Assembly: GCA_963776545.1 (NCBI GenBank)
Contig: CAVZND010000007.1
Span: 8,631-72,630, forward strand
Origin: an uncultured Chloroflexia bacterium
GTDB lineage: Bacteria; Chloroflexota; Limnocylindria; Limnocylindrales; CSP1-4
Length of the DNA: 64,000 bases
Reading direction: 5' to 3'
Each line of letters begins with the position of its first letter. The stretch's first letter is position 1. Position numbers and translations under genes: made by a program. The notes under the pieces are model-generated. The model ran no database searches. It saw only the letters and a program-made list of their open reading frames with translations, and was not told the origin of the DNA. Shown here in pieces: positions 8,941 through 18,186 of the stretch.

Positions 8941-8971
8941 AAAGCGTGCGGCCGGACGACGTCGTAGGTCG

Positions 8972-9802
8972 CTAGGTCAGCTCGCCGCGGAGCTGCTGCA
9001 GGGCCCGCTGGAACGGCTGGCGCAACGCCGCCCGCGATTCGCCCGGGAAAGACGTCTCGTCCGCCATGGCGTCGTCGAGGGTGATCTCGCCCGCGTGGAC
9101 ACGACGCGCCAGCTTGGCCAGCCCGGCGAACGAGTCAGCCTGCGACCGCGCGAACGCCTGGCCGGCATGGTCGCCATGACCGGGGACGACGATGCCGTCG
9201 CCCACCAGGTCGGCAAGCGCGGATGCGGTGGCCGGCCATTCCATGGGATAGGCGTCGCCAAAGAAGGGGAGTGCCCCGCCCTCCAGCAGGTCGCCGGCCC
9301 AGACGACGCCCATCCCCGGGATGCTGATCACGATGTCGTGGTCCGTGTGGCCGCGGCCCAGGTAGCGGAGCTCGACCGGCCGCCCACCGACCTCGACGAC
9401 GGCCGTCTCGGCGAACGTCCGATCCGGTGGGTCGATCACCACCTCCGCCAGGTCGTCCGCAAGGTCGGGTTCCTCGCGGGCGATCCGCGGCCGCCGGCCT
9501 TCGCCGGTCCGCTCGATGAACGTGACGCAACGCTCGTGGCCCCAGATCGTCGCTGGCCGGAAGACGTGGTTCCCGTAGGCGTGGTCGAAATGCCCGTGCG
9601 TGTTGACGACCACCGCGACCGGAGCCGTCGTCAGCTCGCGGACGTGGGCCTGGATCTCGCGCGCGTGCACATGAGTCGACCGGGTGTCGATGACCATCGC
9701 CTCGCGATCACCCAGGATGAGCCCGATGTTCTGGTCGTAGAACCTATAGCGGCGGACGAAGAAGCGGTCACCGATCTCGACCCAGCCGTCGTCGACGCCC
9801 AT
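8972..9802 (-). CDS. MBL-fold metallo-hydrolase
   Basis: Metallo-beta-lactamase motif VVNTHGHFDHAYGN with downstream ligands (GRGHTDHD, VPGHGDH). Start placed at ATG 9802 (MGVDDGW), because the longer ORF would run into the divergent gene at 9862. Confidence 0.85.
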   Translation of the reverse strand: MGVDDGWVEIGDRFFVRRYRFYDQNIGLILGDREAMVIDTRSTHVHAREIQAHVRELTTAPVAVVVNTHGHFDHAYGNHVFRPATIWGHERCVTFIERTGEGRRPRIAREEPDLADDLAEVVIDPPDRTFAETAVVEVGGRPVELRYLGRGHTDHDIVISIPGMGVVWAGDLLEGGALPFFGDAYPMEWPATASALADLVGDGIVVPGHGDHAGQAFARSQADSFAGLAKLARRVHAGEITLDDAMADETSFPGESRAALRQPFQRALQQLRGELT

Positions 9803-9861
9803 GGCCGAATGGTATCGAGGGGGTCCGATGACGCGCCCGTAGGTCGCGTACGCTGCGCCCG

Positions 9862-10731
9862 ATGCCATCGATCGTGAGCCATGCGACCGTCGCGGACGGC
9901 ACGGACCTGCTCGTCCGGCACTGGCCACCCGACGAGGTCGAGGCGGGCGGGGCGTGGGCTGGCGAACCGTGGGCGTCGGTCCTGCTGGTCCACGGCCTCA
10001 GCGAACAGTCAGGCCGCTACGCGCACGTCGGCGACCAGTTTGCGACCGCAGGCCTCGACACATGGGCCTACGACCAGCGCGGCAACGGCGGTTCGGGCGG
10101 ACGCCGGGGGGATGTCGAACGGTGGTCCCAGTTCCACGATGATCTGGCTGAGCGACTGGCGGCGGTCCAGGGCAGCGCCGGGTCGCGGCCGGTCGTCCTG
10201 TACGGCCACTCGATGGGTGGGCTCGTCGTCGCCGGCTACCTGATGAGCGACCGCCCGAAGCCGGACATCGTGGTCCTCGGTTCACCTGGCCTCGACTCGA
10301 CGATCCCGGGCTGGAAGCGAAGCCTCGCGAAACTCGTCTCGCGCATCGCGCCGACGCTCGCCATCCCCAACGGCATCGTCGGGTCCACGTTGTCGCGCGA
10401 TCCGACGGTCGGCGAGAAGGCCGCGGCCGATCCCCTGAACGTCAAGTCGAGCACGGCGAGGTTCAGCGCGGCGGGCCTTGCGGAGCAGGTGCGCGTCCGT
10501 GAGGGTGCGCCGCGCGGGTTCGGCCTGCCGACGCTGGTCCTCCACGGCCTCGACGACGGCCTCGTCCCGTGCCAGGCGTCCGAGGCCTTCGAGGGCGCCC
10601 CCGGCTGCGAGCGGCGAACCTTTCCGAACCTCCGCCACGAACTCCACAACGAACCCGAGGGCCCCGAGATCATCGAAGGCGTGATCGACTGGCTGCGCGC
10701 ACGCGTGGCCGAGATCGAGGCAAAGGGCTGA
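9862..10731 (+). CDS. Alpha/beta hydrolase, lysophospholipase/monoacylglycerol-lipase-like
   Basis: HGLSEQSGRY, nucleophile elbow GHSMGG, acid/His region LVLHGLDDGLVP and LRHELHNEPE. Confidence 0.85.
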   Translation: MPSIVSHATVADGTDLLVRHWPPDEVEAGGAWAGEPWASVLLVHGLSEQSGRYAHVGDQFATAGLDTWAYDQRGNGGSGGRRGDVERWSQFHDDLAERLAAVQGSAGSRPVVLYGHSMGGLVVAGYLMSDRPKPDIVVLGSPGLDSTIPGWKRSLAKLVSRIAPTLAIPNGIVGSTLSRDPTVGEKAAADPLNVKSSTARFSAAGLAEQVRVREGAPRGFGLPTLVLHGLDDGLVPCQASEAFEGAPGCERRTFPNLRHELHNEPEGPEIIEGVIDWLRARVAEIEAKG

Positions 10732-10733
10732 CC

Positions 10734-11135
10734 GTGTCGGCGGAGCTGGACCTGGCGGTCGTCGAGGGTCGGCTGGCCGTGTGCCGCCTCGAGGCGGGCA
10801 GCGACATTCCCGCCTGGGCCGACGACGCCGGGGCCTTCAGCTGCATCACCCGCACGCCGGATGAACTCTCGATCGTCTGCGCCGTCGAAGCCGTGCCAGA
10901 CGGGGTGCCGATGGAGGGTCCATGGCGCGCGTTCAGGGTCCGCGGCCCTCTCGTGATGACCCTGATCGGCGTCGTCGCCTCGGTAGCGAACCCACTGGCC
11001 GATGCGGGCATCGCGATCTTCGCGATCTCGACCTTCGACACCGACTACGTCCTGGTCCACGAGCCCGACTTCGAAGCCGCAAAAACCGCGCTGACCGCCG
11101 CCGGTCACTCGATCGGCGACCCGCGACTGAGCTGA
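10734..11135 (+). CDS. ACT-domain-containing protein (CASTOR/ACT_7-like)
   Basis: GTG start 3 nt after the hydrolase stop. Typical pattern: LAVCRL...PAW...FSCITRTPDELSIVC followed by GPL.LIGVVASVANPLADAGIAIFAISTFDTDYVLV. Confidence 0.7.
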   Translation: MSAELDLAVVEGRLAVCRLEAGSDIPAWADDAGAFSCITRTPDELSIVCAVEAVPDGVPMEGPWRAFRVRGPLVMTLIGVVASVANPLADAGIAIFAISTFDTDYVLVHEPDFEAAKTALTAAGHSIGDPRLS

Positions 11136-11177
11136 GAGTCGGCGCTGCCGTGGTACCGTGCCCATAGAACCGAATAC

Positions 11178-11268
11178 GCCTCCGGGGAGCGCGCTTCGCG
11201 CTGAGAGTGTGGCCAACGCCACAGACCCGCCGAACCTGATCCGGCTCATACCGGCGAAGGAAGCAGGC
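11178..11268 (+). promoter_or_regulatory. TPP (THI-box) riboswitch
   Basis: Near-consensus THI element: GGGGAGC..GCTGAGA-(hairpin tgtggc/gccaca)-ACCCgccGAACCTGATCCGGCTCATACCGGCGAAGGAAG, closed by a GCCT/AGGC outer helix. Lies upstream of a THI5/NMT1-like binding-protein gene. Confidence 0.9.
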
Positions 11269-11283
11269 CCGATCGTCATCGTC

Positions 11284-11325
11284 GACGCCGTCCCCGGCAC
11301 CCGGAGACGGCGTCATTCGTGTTCG
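11284..11325 (+). terminator. Putative riboswitch expression-platform terminator/attenuator hairpin
   Basis: Perfect 9-bp stem GACGCCGTC (11284-11292) / GACGGCGTC (11306-11314), followed by the T-containing tail attcgtgttcg. Sits between the aptamer and ATG 11375. Confidence 0.5.
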
Positions 11326-11374
11326 CGATGAGATCGGAGACGTACGTGATCGACACCCGACGAAGCAGTCGCGC

Positions 11375-12424
11375 ATGACGCGCCCCCGGGCCCTAGCCGC
11401 CACCGTCGCGGTCCTGCTCGCGGTCGCCGGCTGCGGCGGTGCGACGCCGTCCGTCACCCCGCCGCCGTCCGGGTCGCCCGCTCCGTCGGCCGCCGCGAAG
11501 GGGACCGTTCGCCTGGCACTCGACTGGACCCCGAACACCAACCACACCGGGTTCTACGTGGCGAAGGCGAACGGCTGGTACGACGAAGCCGGCATCGACC
11601 TGCAGATCCTGCCGTACGCGACCACGACGCCCGAGGCGCTCATCGCTGCCGGGCAGGCCGAGTGCGGGATCAGCTTCCAGGACTCGCTCACGTTCGCCGC
11701 CGCGACCGGGGCCCCGGTCGTCTCGGTCATGGCCATCCTCCAGCACACGGCGCAGGAGATCGCGGTCCTCGCGTCCTCGGACATCATCAGGCCGCGCGGC
11801 CTCGACGGTCGGATCTACGCGGGCTTCGGCTACCCGAACGAGGAGCCCACGCTGCGATCGGTGATCAAGGCGGACGGCGGCAAGGGCGATTTCACGGTCG
11901 TCACCCTCGACACCGCCGCATACGAGGCGCTCTACGCGAGGAAGGCCGACTTCGTGATCACCTTCACGGCCTGGGAAGGCATCGAAGCCGGCATGCGCGG
12001 CATCGACCTGCGGACGTTCGCCTTCACCGATTACGGGTTCCCGGACTTCTACCAGGTCGTGCTCGCGTGCGACCGGCGCTGGCTCGATCGCGAGCCCGCG
12101 CTCGCGAAGGCGTTCGTCGAGGCGACCGTTCTGGGCTCCGAGGTGGCCGCCGACGATCCCGATGGCGCGGCTGCGCTGCTGATCGAGGAGAACCCGGGCG
12201 TGTTCGAAGCGAACGCCGAGCTACCCGTCGCAAGCCAGCGGTTCCTCGCCGAGCACGACTACCTCCGCGACGAGCAGGGGGCGGTCGGGCACCAGACCCT
12301 CGAGCGATGGCAGGGCTACTCGGGCTTCCTGTACGAGCAGGGCCTATTGGCCGGGCCGGACGGCAAGCCGCTGGCCGCGCCGCCCGACTACGCGGCCCTG
12401 TTCACCAACGACTTCCTGCCATGA
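11375..12424 (+). CDS. ABC-transporter substrate-binding lipoprotein, NMT1/THI5-like (ThiY-like pyrimidine-precursor binding protein)
   Basis: Lipobox LLAVAGC-GG. NMT1/THI5-type sequence (RLALDWTPNTNHTGFYVAKANGWYDEAGIDLQILP). Directly downstream of the TPP riboswitch. Confidence 0.87.
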   Translation: MTRPRALAATVAVLLAVAGCGGATPSVTPPPSGSPAPSAAAKGTVRLALDWTPNTNHTGFYVAKANGWYDEAGIDLQILPYATTTPEALIAAGQAECGISFQDSLTFAAATGAPVVSVMAILQHTAQEIAVLASSDIIRPRGLDGRIYAGFGYPNEEPTLRSVIKADGGKGDFTVVTLDTAAYEALYARKADFVITFTAWEGIEAGMRGIDLRTFAFTDYGFPDFYQVVLACDRRWLDREPALAKAFVEATVLGSEVAADDPDGAAALLIEENPGVFEANAELPVASQRFLAEHDYLRDEQGAVGHQTLERWQGYSGFLYEQGLLAGPDGKPLAAPPDYAALFTNDFLP

Positions 12425-13206
12425 CCGTCGCGGCGGACCGTTTCCGCCGCTGGTGGCCACCGCTCCTGTCGGTGGCCGTGATCGTGCTGGTCTGGGAGGC
12501 CTACGTGCGGCTCGCGGACCTCGACCCGGTCACGCTCCCGGCCCCGTCCCGCGTCCTCGGTGCCTTGTGGGACTTCCGCGAAACGGCCGTGGGTCACCTC
12601 GTGCCGACCCTGGTCGAGGCGCTCGTCGGTTGCGCACTATCCGTCGTGCTCGCGATCGCGGCGGCGATCGCCCTCGACCGGTGGGAGCCCGTCCGACGGG
12701 CCATCGAGCCGCTCCTCGTGACGAGCCAGACGATCCCGGTCGTCGCGATCGCACCGCTGTTCGTGATCTGGTTCGGGTTCGGGCTGCTCCCGAAGGTCCT
12801 CATCGTGGTGCTCGTCACGTTCTTCCCGGTCACCATCGCCCTGCTCGATGGCTTCGGCCGCGTCGAGCCCGAGGCCATGGACCTGCTGCGCTCGATGGGC
12901 GCGACCGCCCGACAGACATTCGAGAAGGTGCGCTGGCCGTCGGCCCTGCCGTCGCTCTTCACCGGGCTCCGGATCAGCGTGGTCTATGCGGTCATCGGCG
13001 CGATCTTCGGGGAGTACGTCGGGGCGACGAATGGCCTCGGCATCTGGATGCAGCTCTCGCAGAACAGCTTCCGGACCGACCTCGTCTTCGCGGCCATCCT
13101 GCTGACCGCGGTCGTCTCGCTGGCGCTGTACGTGGCGGTCGGAGTCGTCGAGCGGCTGGTGATCCCCTGGTCGGCCGCCCGGCGTTCCGTCCTGCAGAGT
13201 CGCTGA
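12421..13206 (+). CDS. ABC-transporter permease (ThiX/SsuC-like, BPD_transp_1)
   Basis: ATG 12421 overlaps the binding-protein stop (ATGA). Six TM segments and an EAA-like loop (LLRSMGATARQTFEKVRWPSALPSLFTGLR). The track ORF from 11662 is an upstream-open frame. Confidence 0.87.
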   Translation: MTVAADRFRRWWPPLLSVAVIVLVWEAYVRLADLDPVTLPAPSRVLGALWDFRETAVGHLVPTLVEALVGCALSVVLAIAAAIALDRWEPVRRAIEPLLVTSQTIPVVAIAPLFVIWFGFGLLPKVLIVVLVTFFPVTIALLDGFGRVEPEAMDLLRSMGATARQTFEKVRWPSALPSLFTGLRISVVYAVIGAIFGEYVGATNGLGIWMQLSQNSFRTDLVFAAILLTAVVSLALYVAVGVVERLVIPWSAARRSVLQSR

Positions 13207-13263
13207 GCGGATCGCCTCGATGGTCGGCGATGATCGCCGCCTGATCCGCAGCCGGAGGGCCAC

Positions 13264-14577
13264 GTGACGGACGCCCGGACGATCGTCTTCTTCCCCGAAG
13301 GAGCCTACGGCCCGACCAACAACTGCGTCGGGATCGGCCAGGTCCTTCGCGCGCGCGGGCATCGAATCGTGTTCGTCGTCGAGGAGTCCTTCGCCGGCAC
13401 GCTCGAAGCGAAGGGCTTCGAGGAGCGGCTGATGCGCCTCGGGCCGCCGCCCGAGGTCCCCGAGATCCCCGGCCAGTTCTGGATCGACTTCATCCGCGAC
13501 ACGTCGCCCGTCTTCCGCAAGTCCACGCTCGAGCAGCTGGGCGAGTTCATCGCGCCGACCTTCCAGGCGCTCATCGACGGTGCGAAGTACGTCGACCCGA
13601 GGCTGGCCGAGATCTTCGACGAGCTCGGACCGGACGTCATCGTGGAGGACAACGTCGTGGCGTTCGCGGCCCTGGCGGCATCGGGCCGACCGTGGGTCCG
13701 GATCATGTCGTGCAACCCTGCCGAGGCGAAGGATCCGGCCGTGGCGCCGTTCTCGTCCGGATACGCCGCCGCCGACCGCGGTGGCTGGCCGGCATTTCTT
13801 GACGAGGTCCGCCGCACCCATGGCGACATGTGGGCCGACTTCGATGCGTTCTGCCGCGACCACGGCGAGCACGGACTCTCATACGGGGAGCTCGGGCCGG
13901 ACTTCATCGCCGAGTCCCCGTACCTCAACCTGTACTCGTACCCGGCCGAGGCGGACTACGCGCGCGAGCGGGCGCTCGGCCCGGCGTGGCACCGCCTCGA
14001 CTCGACGGTCCGCGAGGCCGACACGACCTGGGAGCTACCGGAGCATCTGCGCGAACGGGACGGGGCGCTGATCTACCTGTCCCTGGGCTCGCTCGGCTCC
14101 GCCGACGTCGGGCTGATGCAGCGACTCGTCGACCTCCTGGCGACGACCGAGCATCGGGTCATCGTCTCGAAGGGTCCGCTGGCGGACCAGATCACGCTGC
14201 ACGAGAACCAGACCGGGGAAGGGTTCCTGCCGCAGCCGGCGATCCTGCCGCAGGTCGACCTCGTCATCACCCACGGCGGCAACAACACCGTGACCGAGGC
14301 CTTTCACCACGGCAAGCCGATGATCGTGCTGCCCCTGTTCTGGGACCAGGTCGACAACGCCCAGCGCGTCGACGAGACCGGGTTCGGGCGGCGCCTCTCG
14401 ACGTACGGCTTCCGCGACGAGGAGCTGACCGACGCCATCGACGAGCTGCTCGACGACCGCGCGCTCGCGGCACGCCTGGCCGCGATGTCGAGCCGCATCA
14501 AGGCCGGCTCCGGGACCGTCCGCGCGGCCGACCTGATCGAACGGGTGGCACGGACCGGCGAAGCCGTCACCGGATGA
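13264..14577 (+). CDS. GT1-family UDP-glycosyltransferase (MGT/UGT-like)
   Basis: SD GGAGGG before GTG. C-terminal nucleotide-sugar signature DLVITHGGNNTVTEAFHHGKPMIVLPLFWDQVDNA. Confidence 0.85.
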   Translation: MTDARTIVFFPEGAYGPTNNCVGIGQVLRARGHRIVFVVEESFAGTLEAKGFEERLMRLGPPPEVPEIPGQFWIDFIRDTSPVFRKSTLEQLGEFIAPTFQALIDGAKYVDPRLAEIFDELGPDVIVEDNVVAFAALAASGRPWVRIMSCNPAEAKDPAVAPFSSGYAAADRGGWPAFLDEVRRTHGDMWADFDAFCRDHGEHGLSYGELGPDFIAESPYLNLYSYPAEADYARERALGPAWHRLDSTVREADTTWELPEHLRERDGALIYLSLGSLGSADVGLMQRLVDLLATTEHRVIVSKGPLADQITLHENQTGEGFLPQPAILPQVDLVITHGGNNTVTEAFHHGKPMIVLPLFWDQVDNAQRVDETGFGRRLSTYGFRDEELTDAIDELLDDRALAARLAAMSSRIKAGSGTVRAADLIERVARTGEAVTG

Positions 14578-14664
14578 CCGCCCACGTGGCGGGACGGAGT
14601 ACCGCGGCAGGCATAGGATGACCACACTTTCGGACCGATCCCGTCACGCCCAGGAGGCACTCCC

Positions 14665-16116
14665 GTGACCGAGACCCTCGAGCGAGTCAAGACCTACCAA
14701 CAGTTCATCGGTGGCGAGTTCGTGGACGCGGCCGACGGCCGGACGGCCGACGTCGTCAACCCGGCAAACGACGCCGTCATCGGCAACGTCCCGGCGAGCT
14801 CGCTCGAAGACGTGAACCGCGCGGTCGATGCGGCCGCGACGGCCTTCGAGAGCTGGAAGAACACGACGCCGCAGGATCGCTCGTTGCTGCTGCTCAAGCT
14901 GGCGGACATCCTCGAGTCGCGAGCCGACGAGTTCGGCCGACTGGAGAGCGCCAACGCCGGGAAGCCGGTCGGGGCGGCCATCGACGAGATGACCACGAGC
15001 GTCGATCTCTTCCGCTTCTTCGCCGGCGCTGCCCGCGTCATGGACGGCCTGGCGGCCAACGAATTCCTGGCCGGCCACACCTCGATCATCCGGCGCGACC
15101 CGATCGGCGTCGTCGCCTCGATCGCACCCTGGAACTACCCGCTCTACATGGCGACCTGGAAGCTCGGCCCGGCGCTCGCGACCGGCAACACCGTCGTCCT
15201 CAAGCCGTCGGCCCGGACGCCGCTCAGCGCCCTGGCCTTCGCCCAGATCCTCGCCGAGGTGTTCCCGCCCGGTGTCGTCAACGTGCTCTCGGGTTCGGGC
15301 GCCGACATCGGTGACGCGCTCGTCGGCCATCCGACGGTCCGCATGGTCTCGATCACCGGCGACACCGTCACGGGCAAGCGCGTGGCGAAGATCGCGGCGG
15401 ACACCGTGAAGCGGCTGCACCTGGAGCTCGGTGGCAAGGCGCCGGTCATCATCTTCGACGACGCGGACGTGAACCTCGCCGCGGAGACGCTCAAGTTCGC
15501 CGGCTACTGGAACTCCGGCCAGGACTGCACGGCCGCGACCCGGGTCATCGCCGGCCCAAAGGTGTACGACAAGTTCGTGAGCGCGCTGTCGGACCAGGTC
15601 AAGACCATCAAGTGGGGCGACCCCGCCGAGGGCGACGACATCGAGATGGGCTCGCTCATCGCCCAGGCCCAGGCGGACAAGGTCGAGGGCATGGTCGATC
15701 GCGCCCGCTCGGGTGCGGAGGTGGTCGTCGGCGGCAAGCGTCCCGACCGACCCGGCGCCTACTACGAGCCGACCATCATCGCCGGCCCGGACCAGCGCTC
15801 CGAGATCGTCCAGGACGAGGTGTTCGGACCGGTCGTCACGGTCCAGCGCTTCAGCGACGAGGAGCAGGCCGTCAAGTGGGCGAACGACGTCCCGTTCGGA
15901 CTCGCGTCCTCGGTCTTCACGAGCGACATCGGGCGCGCGATGCGCGTCGCCAAGGCGCTCGACTTCGGACACGTCTGGATCAACGAGCACTTCACGCTGG
16001 CGTCGGAGACCCCGCACGGCGGCGTCAAGCAGTCCGGCTATGGCAAGGACGGCTCGAAGTACGCGCTCGAGGACTACACGTTCATCAAGCACGTGATGAT
16101 CAACACGGGGAGCTGA
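14665..16116 (+). CDS. NAD(P)-dependent aldehyde dehydrogenase (aminobutyraldehyde/betaine-aldehyde DH-like)
   Basis: SD AGGAGG before GTG. ALDH motifs: FESWK, IAPWNYPL, glutamate site LELGGKAP, cysteine site NSGQDCTAATR. Confidence 0.93.
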   Translation: MTETLERVKTYQQFIGGEFVDAADGRTADVVNPANDAVIGNVPASSLEDVNRAVDAAATAFESWKNTTPQDRSLLLLKLADILESRADEFGRLESANAGKPVGAAIDEMTTSVDLFRFFAGAARVMDGLAANEFLAGHTSIIRRDPIGVVASIAPWNYPLYMATWKLGPALATGNTVVLKPSARTPLSALAFAQILAEVFPPGVVNVLSGSGADIGDALVGHPTVRMVSITGDTVTGKRVAKIAADTVKRLHLELGGKAPVIIFDDADVNLAAETLKFAGYWNSGQDCTAATRVIAGPKVYDKFVSALSDQVKTIKWGDPAEGDDIEMGSLIAQAQADKVEGMVDRARSGAEVVVGGKRPDRPGAYYEPTIIAGPDQRSEIVQDEVFGPVVTVQRFSDEEQAVKWANDVPFGLASSVFTSDIGRAMRVAKALDFGHVWINEHFTLASETPHGGVKQSGYGKDGSKYALEDYTFIKHVMINTGS

Positions 16117-16124
16117 CCAGTTCG

Positions 16125-17603
16125 ATGTCACGCCTGGATCAGCCAGGCGTGAGCCGGGCGGACGTCGAGGCCGCCCTGGCGAGTCTGGACCTGGAGGCCG
16201 TCGCGGCCGCCCGCTGGTTCGGCGAGAAGGGTCGAGCCGTCGAGGCCATCGAGCTCGACGAGGCCTTCGTGCTCGACTCGGGCGGCCCACACGTCCTGGC
16301 GATCGCCACGGTCCGGCTGGTCGGCGGCGAGACGAGTCGGTACTCGTTCGCGCTGACCGGTCGACCGATGCGGGTCGCCTGGCCGGGCGACGGCGCATGG
16401 CGTGCCCTCGCCGCTGCGATGGACGACGGGCGGACGATCGCGGCGATGGCCGGCGACGAGGCCACCGACACGCCGACGGCGGCCCTGGTCTGCCGACCGG
16501 CGAGAGCGATGCCGCCCGACATCGGCGCGGCGCCCGAGCGCGACATCGGTGCAGACCAGTCGAACACCTCGGTGGTGCTCGGCGAGCAGGTCGTGCTGAA
16601 GGCATATCGACGGATCCAGTCCGGCCTCAACCCGGACCTCGAGCTGACGGCGTTCCTGACCGAGGAGGCAGGTTTCGGCGCGGTGCCGCCGCTGGCCGGT
16701 TTCGCCGAGGTCATCTCGGCGCGTTACGGCACGGCGACCGTCGCGATCGCCCAGGCATTCGTCGTCGATGGGGCCGATCTGTACGAGTCGGTCGCCGAGG
16801 CGCTGGCGGCCTGGATCCTGGCCCCCGGCGAGGTCACCGTCGAGTTCGCGACCGAGGTGGCGGCCGACATCGGCGCCCTGACGGCCGGACTCCATGCCGC
16901 GCTGGCGAGCGGCGCGGCTGCGCCGGGATTCGAACCCCGCGACGCGAAACCCGACGAGCGCCGCCGATGGGCGACCGACGCGGCGGCGCAGCTCGAGTAC
17001 GCAGTGGCGATCACGCCGGACGACGCCGGGAAGGCCCTTCGTGCGCTGTCGCCGACGATCGCCGACGAGCTGGCACGACTCGACGCTCCATCAGACGCCC
17101 CGCTGCTGACGCGCGTCCACGGCGACTACCACCTGGGCCAGGTGCTGCTGGCGCCTGACGGCTACTGGATCATCGACTTCGAGGGGCAGCCGACGCGCTC
17201 GCTCGACGATCGACGGGCGCATCAATCGCCGTTGCGCGACGTCGCGTCGATGCTGCGCTCGCTCGACCACATCGGTCGCAGCGCCAAGCGCCGCGCGGCC
17301 GACCGCAACGGCGGGCCGGTCGAGTCGCCCGGCCTGGACATCGAGGCGTGGCTGCGCCGGTCACGCGAGCGGTTCCTCGAGGCATATCGGGCCGGGCTTC
17401 GCGGATCCGGCGCGCCGATCGCGGTGGATCCCGATCTCCTGCGCGCGTTCGAGATCGATCAGGAGGTCCACGAGTACGTGTACGCCTCGACCTGGATGCC
17501 CTCGTGGCTGTGGGCGCCGGACGAGAGCATGCATGCGCTGTTCGGGCTCGACGAGACCCACGTTCGTGGAGCGTGGGTAGATGGAGGGGCGAAGCTGTCG
17601 TAA
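16125..17603 (+). CDS. mak: Maltokinase (Mak/Pep2-like, aminoglycoside-phosphotransferase fold)
   Basis: N-terminal cap-like region (ARWFGEKGR, SNTSVVLGEQVVLKAYRR, NPDLELTAFL) and kinase core (VHGDYHLGQVLL, WIIDFEGQP, SPLRDVASMLRSLDH). The track ORF from 15612 is an upstream-open frame. Confidence 0.8.
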   Translation: MSRLDQPGVSRADVEAALASLDLEAVAAARWFGEKGRAVEAIELDEAFVLDSGGPHVLAIATVRLVGGETSRYSFALTGRPMRVAWPGDGAWRALAAAMDDGRTIAAMAGDEATDTPTAALVCRPARAMPPDIGAAPERDIGADQSNTSVVLGEQVVLKAYRRIQSGLNPDLELTAFLTEEAGFGAVPPLAGFAEVISARYGTATVAIAQAFVVDGADLYESVAEALAAWILAPGEVTVEFATEVAADIGALTAGLHAALASGAAAPGFEPRDAKPDERRRWATDAAAQLEYAVAITPDDAGKALRALSPTIADELARLDAPSDAPLLTRVHGDYHLGQVLLAPDGYWIIDFEGQPTRSLDDRRAHQSPLRDVASMLRSLDHIGRSAKRRAADRNGGPVESPGLDIEAWLRRSRERFLEAYRAGLRGSGAPIAVDPDLLRAFEIDQEVHEYVYASTWMPSWLWAPDESMHALFGLDETHVRGAWVDGGAKLS

Positions 17604-17666
17604 TCTGAGCGCCGCGATACGTCACCTGCGAAGCCCAGATCTCAGGTGCCTGGAGGATCGCGTCAG

Positions 17667-18182
17667 ATGACATCCGTCACCGTCATCTCGCCTGCCGACC
17701 GTCAGCGCGCGACGTCAACGATGATGCTCGCTTTCGCGAGCGACCCGGTCGTCCGCTGGGTTCTGCAGGAACCCCACGCATATGCCGAGTACTGGCCGCC
17801 GATCATCGACGCCTTCGCGGGAGCTGCCTTCGAGAGCGGAACGGCGCACGCTTCTGCGGGCTTCGCGGCGGTCGCCCTGTGGCTCCCGCCCGGCGTCGGC
17901 TCCGACGAGGTCACGATGTCGGCTCTCGAGGAGGGGGCGTCCGGCCCGCCCGATCTCGACGGCTTCTTCGGACAGATGGGCGGGTCGACCGTGCGCAGGG
18001 CCGGTGGCTCGACTCCTGCGACATGCACTCGAACGTGTGACCGGGATGGCGTCCCTGCCTATCTCGAGGCGACAGCCCCGCGCAACCGCGACCTGTACGC
18101 GCGTCATGGGTTCGAGGAGATCGGCGTCATCCAGCACGGTGGGTCTCCGCCGATGTGGCCGATGCTCCGGCAGCCGAGATAG
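17667..18182 (+). CDS. GNAT-like acetyltransferase, central region apparently deleted/frame-scrambled (possible pseudogene)
   Basis: SD GGAGGA sits 9 nt before ATG 17667. Both ends match a GNAT subfamily (MMLAFASDPVVRWV, ALWLPPGV, CDRDGVPAYLEATAPRNRDLYARHGFE). The expected middle is short, and family-like strings (VDRAQGR, RLLRHALER) sit in the other two frames at 17984-18036. Confidence 0.55.
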   Translation: MTSVTVISPADRQRATSTMMLAFASDPVVRWVLQEPHAYAEYWPPIIDAFAGAAFESGTAHASAGFAAVALWLPPGVGSDEVTMSALEEGASGPPDLDGFFGQMGGSTVRRAGGSTPATCTRTCDRDGVPAYLEATAPRNRDLYARHGFEEIGVIQHGGSPPMWPMLRQPR

Positions 18183-18186
18183 GAAG

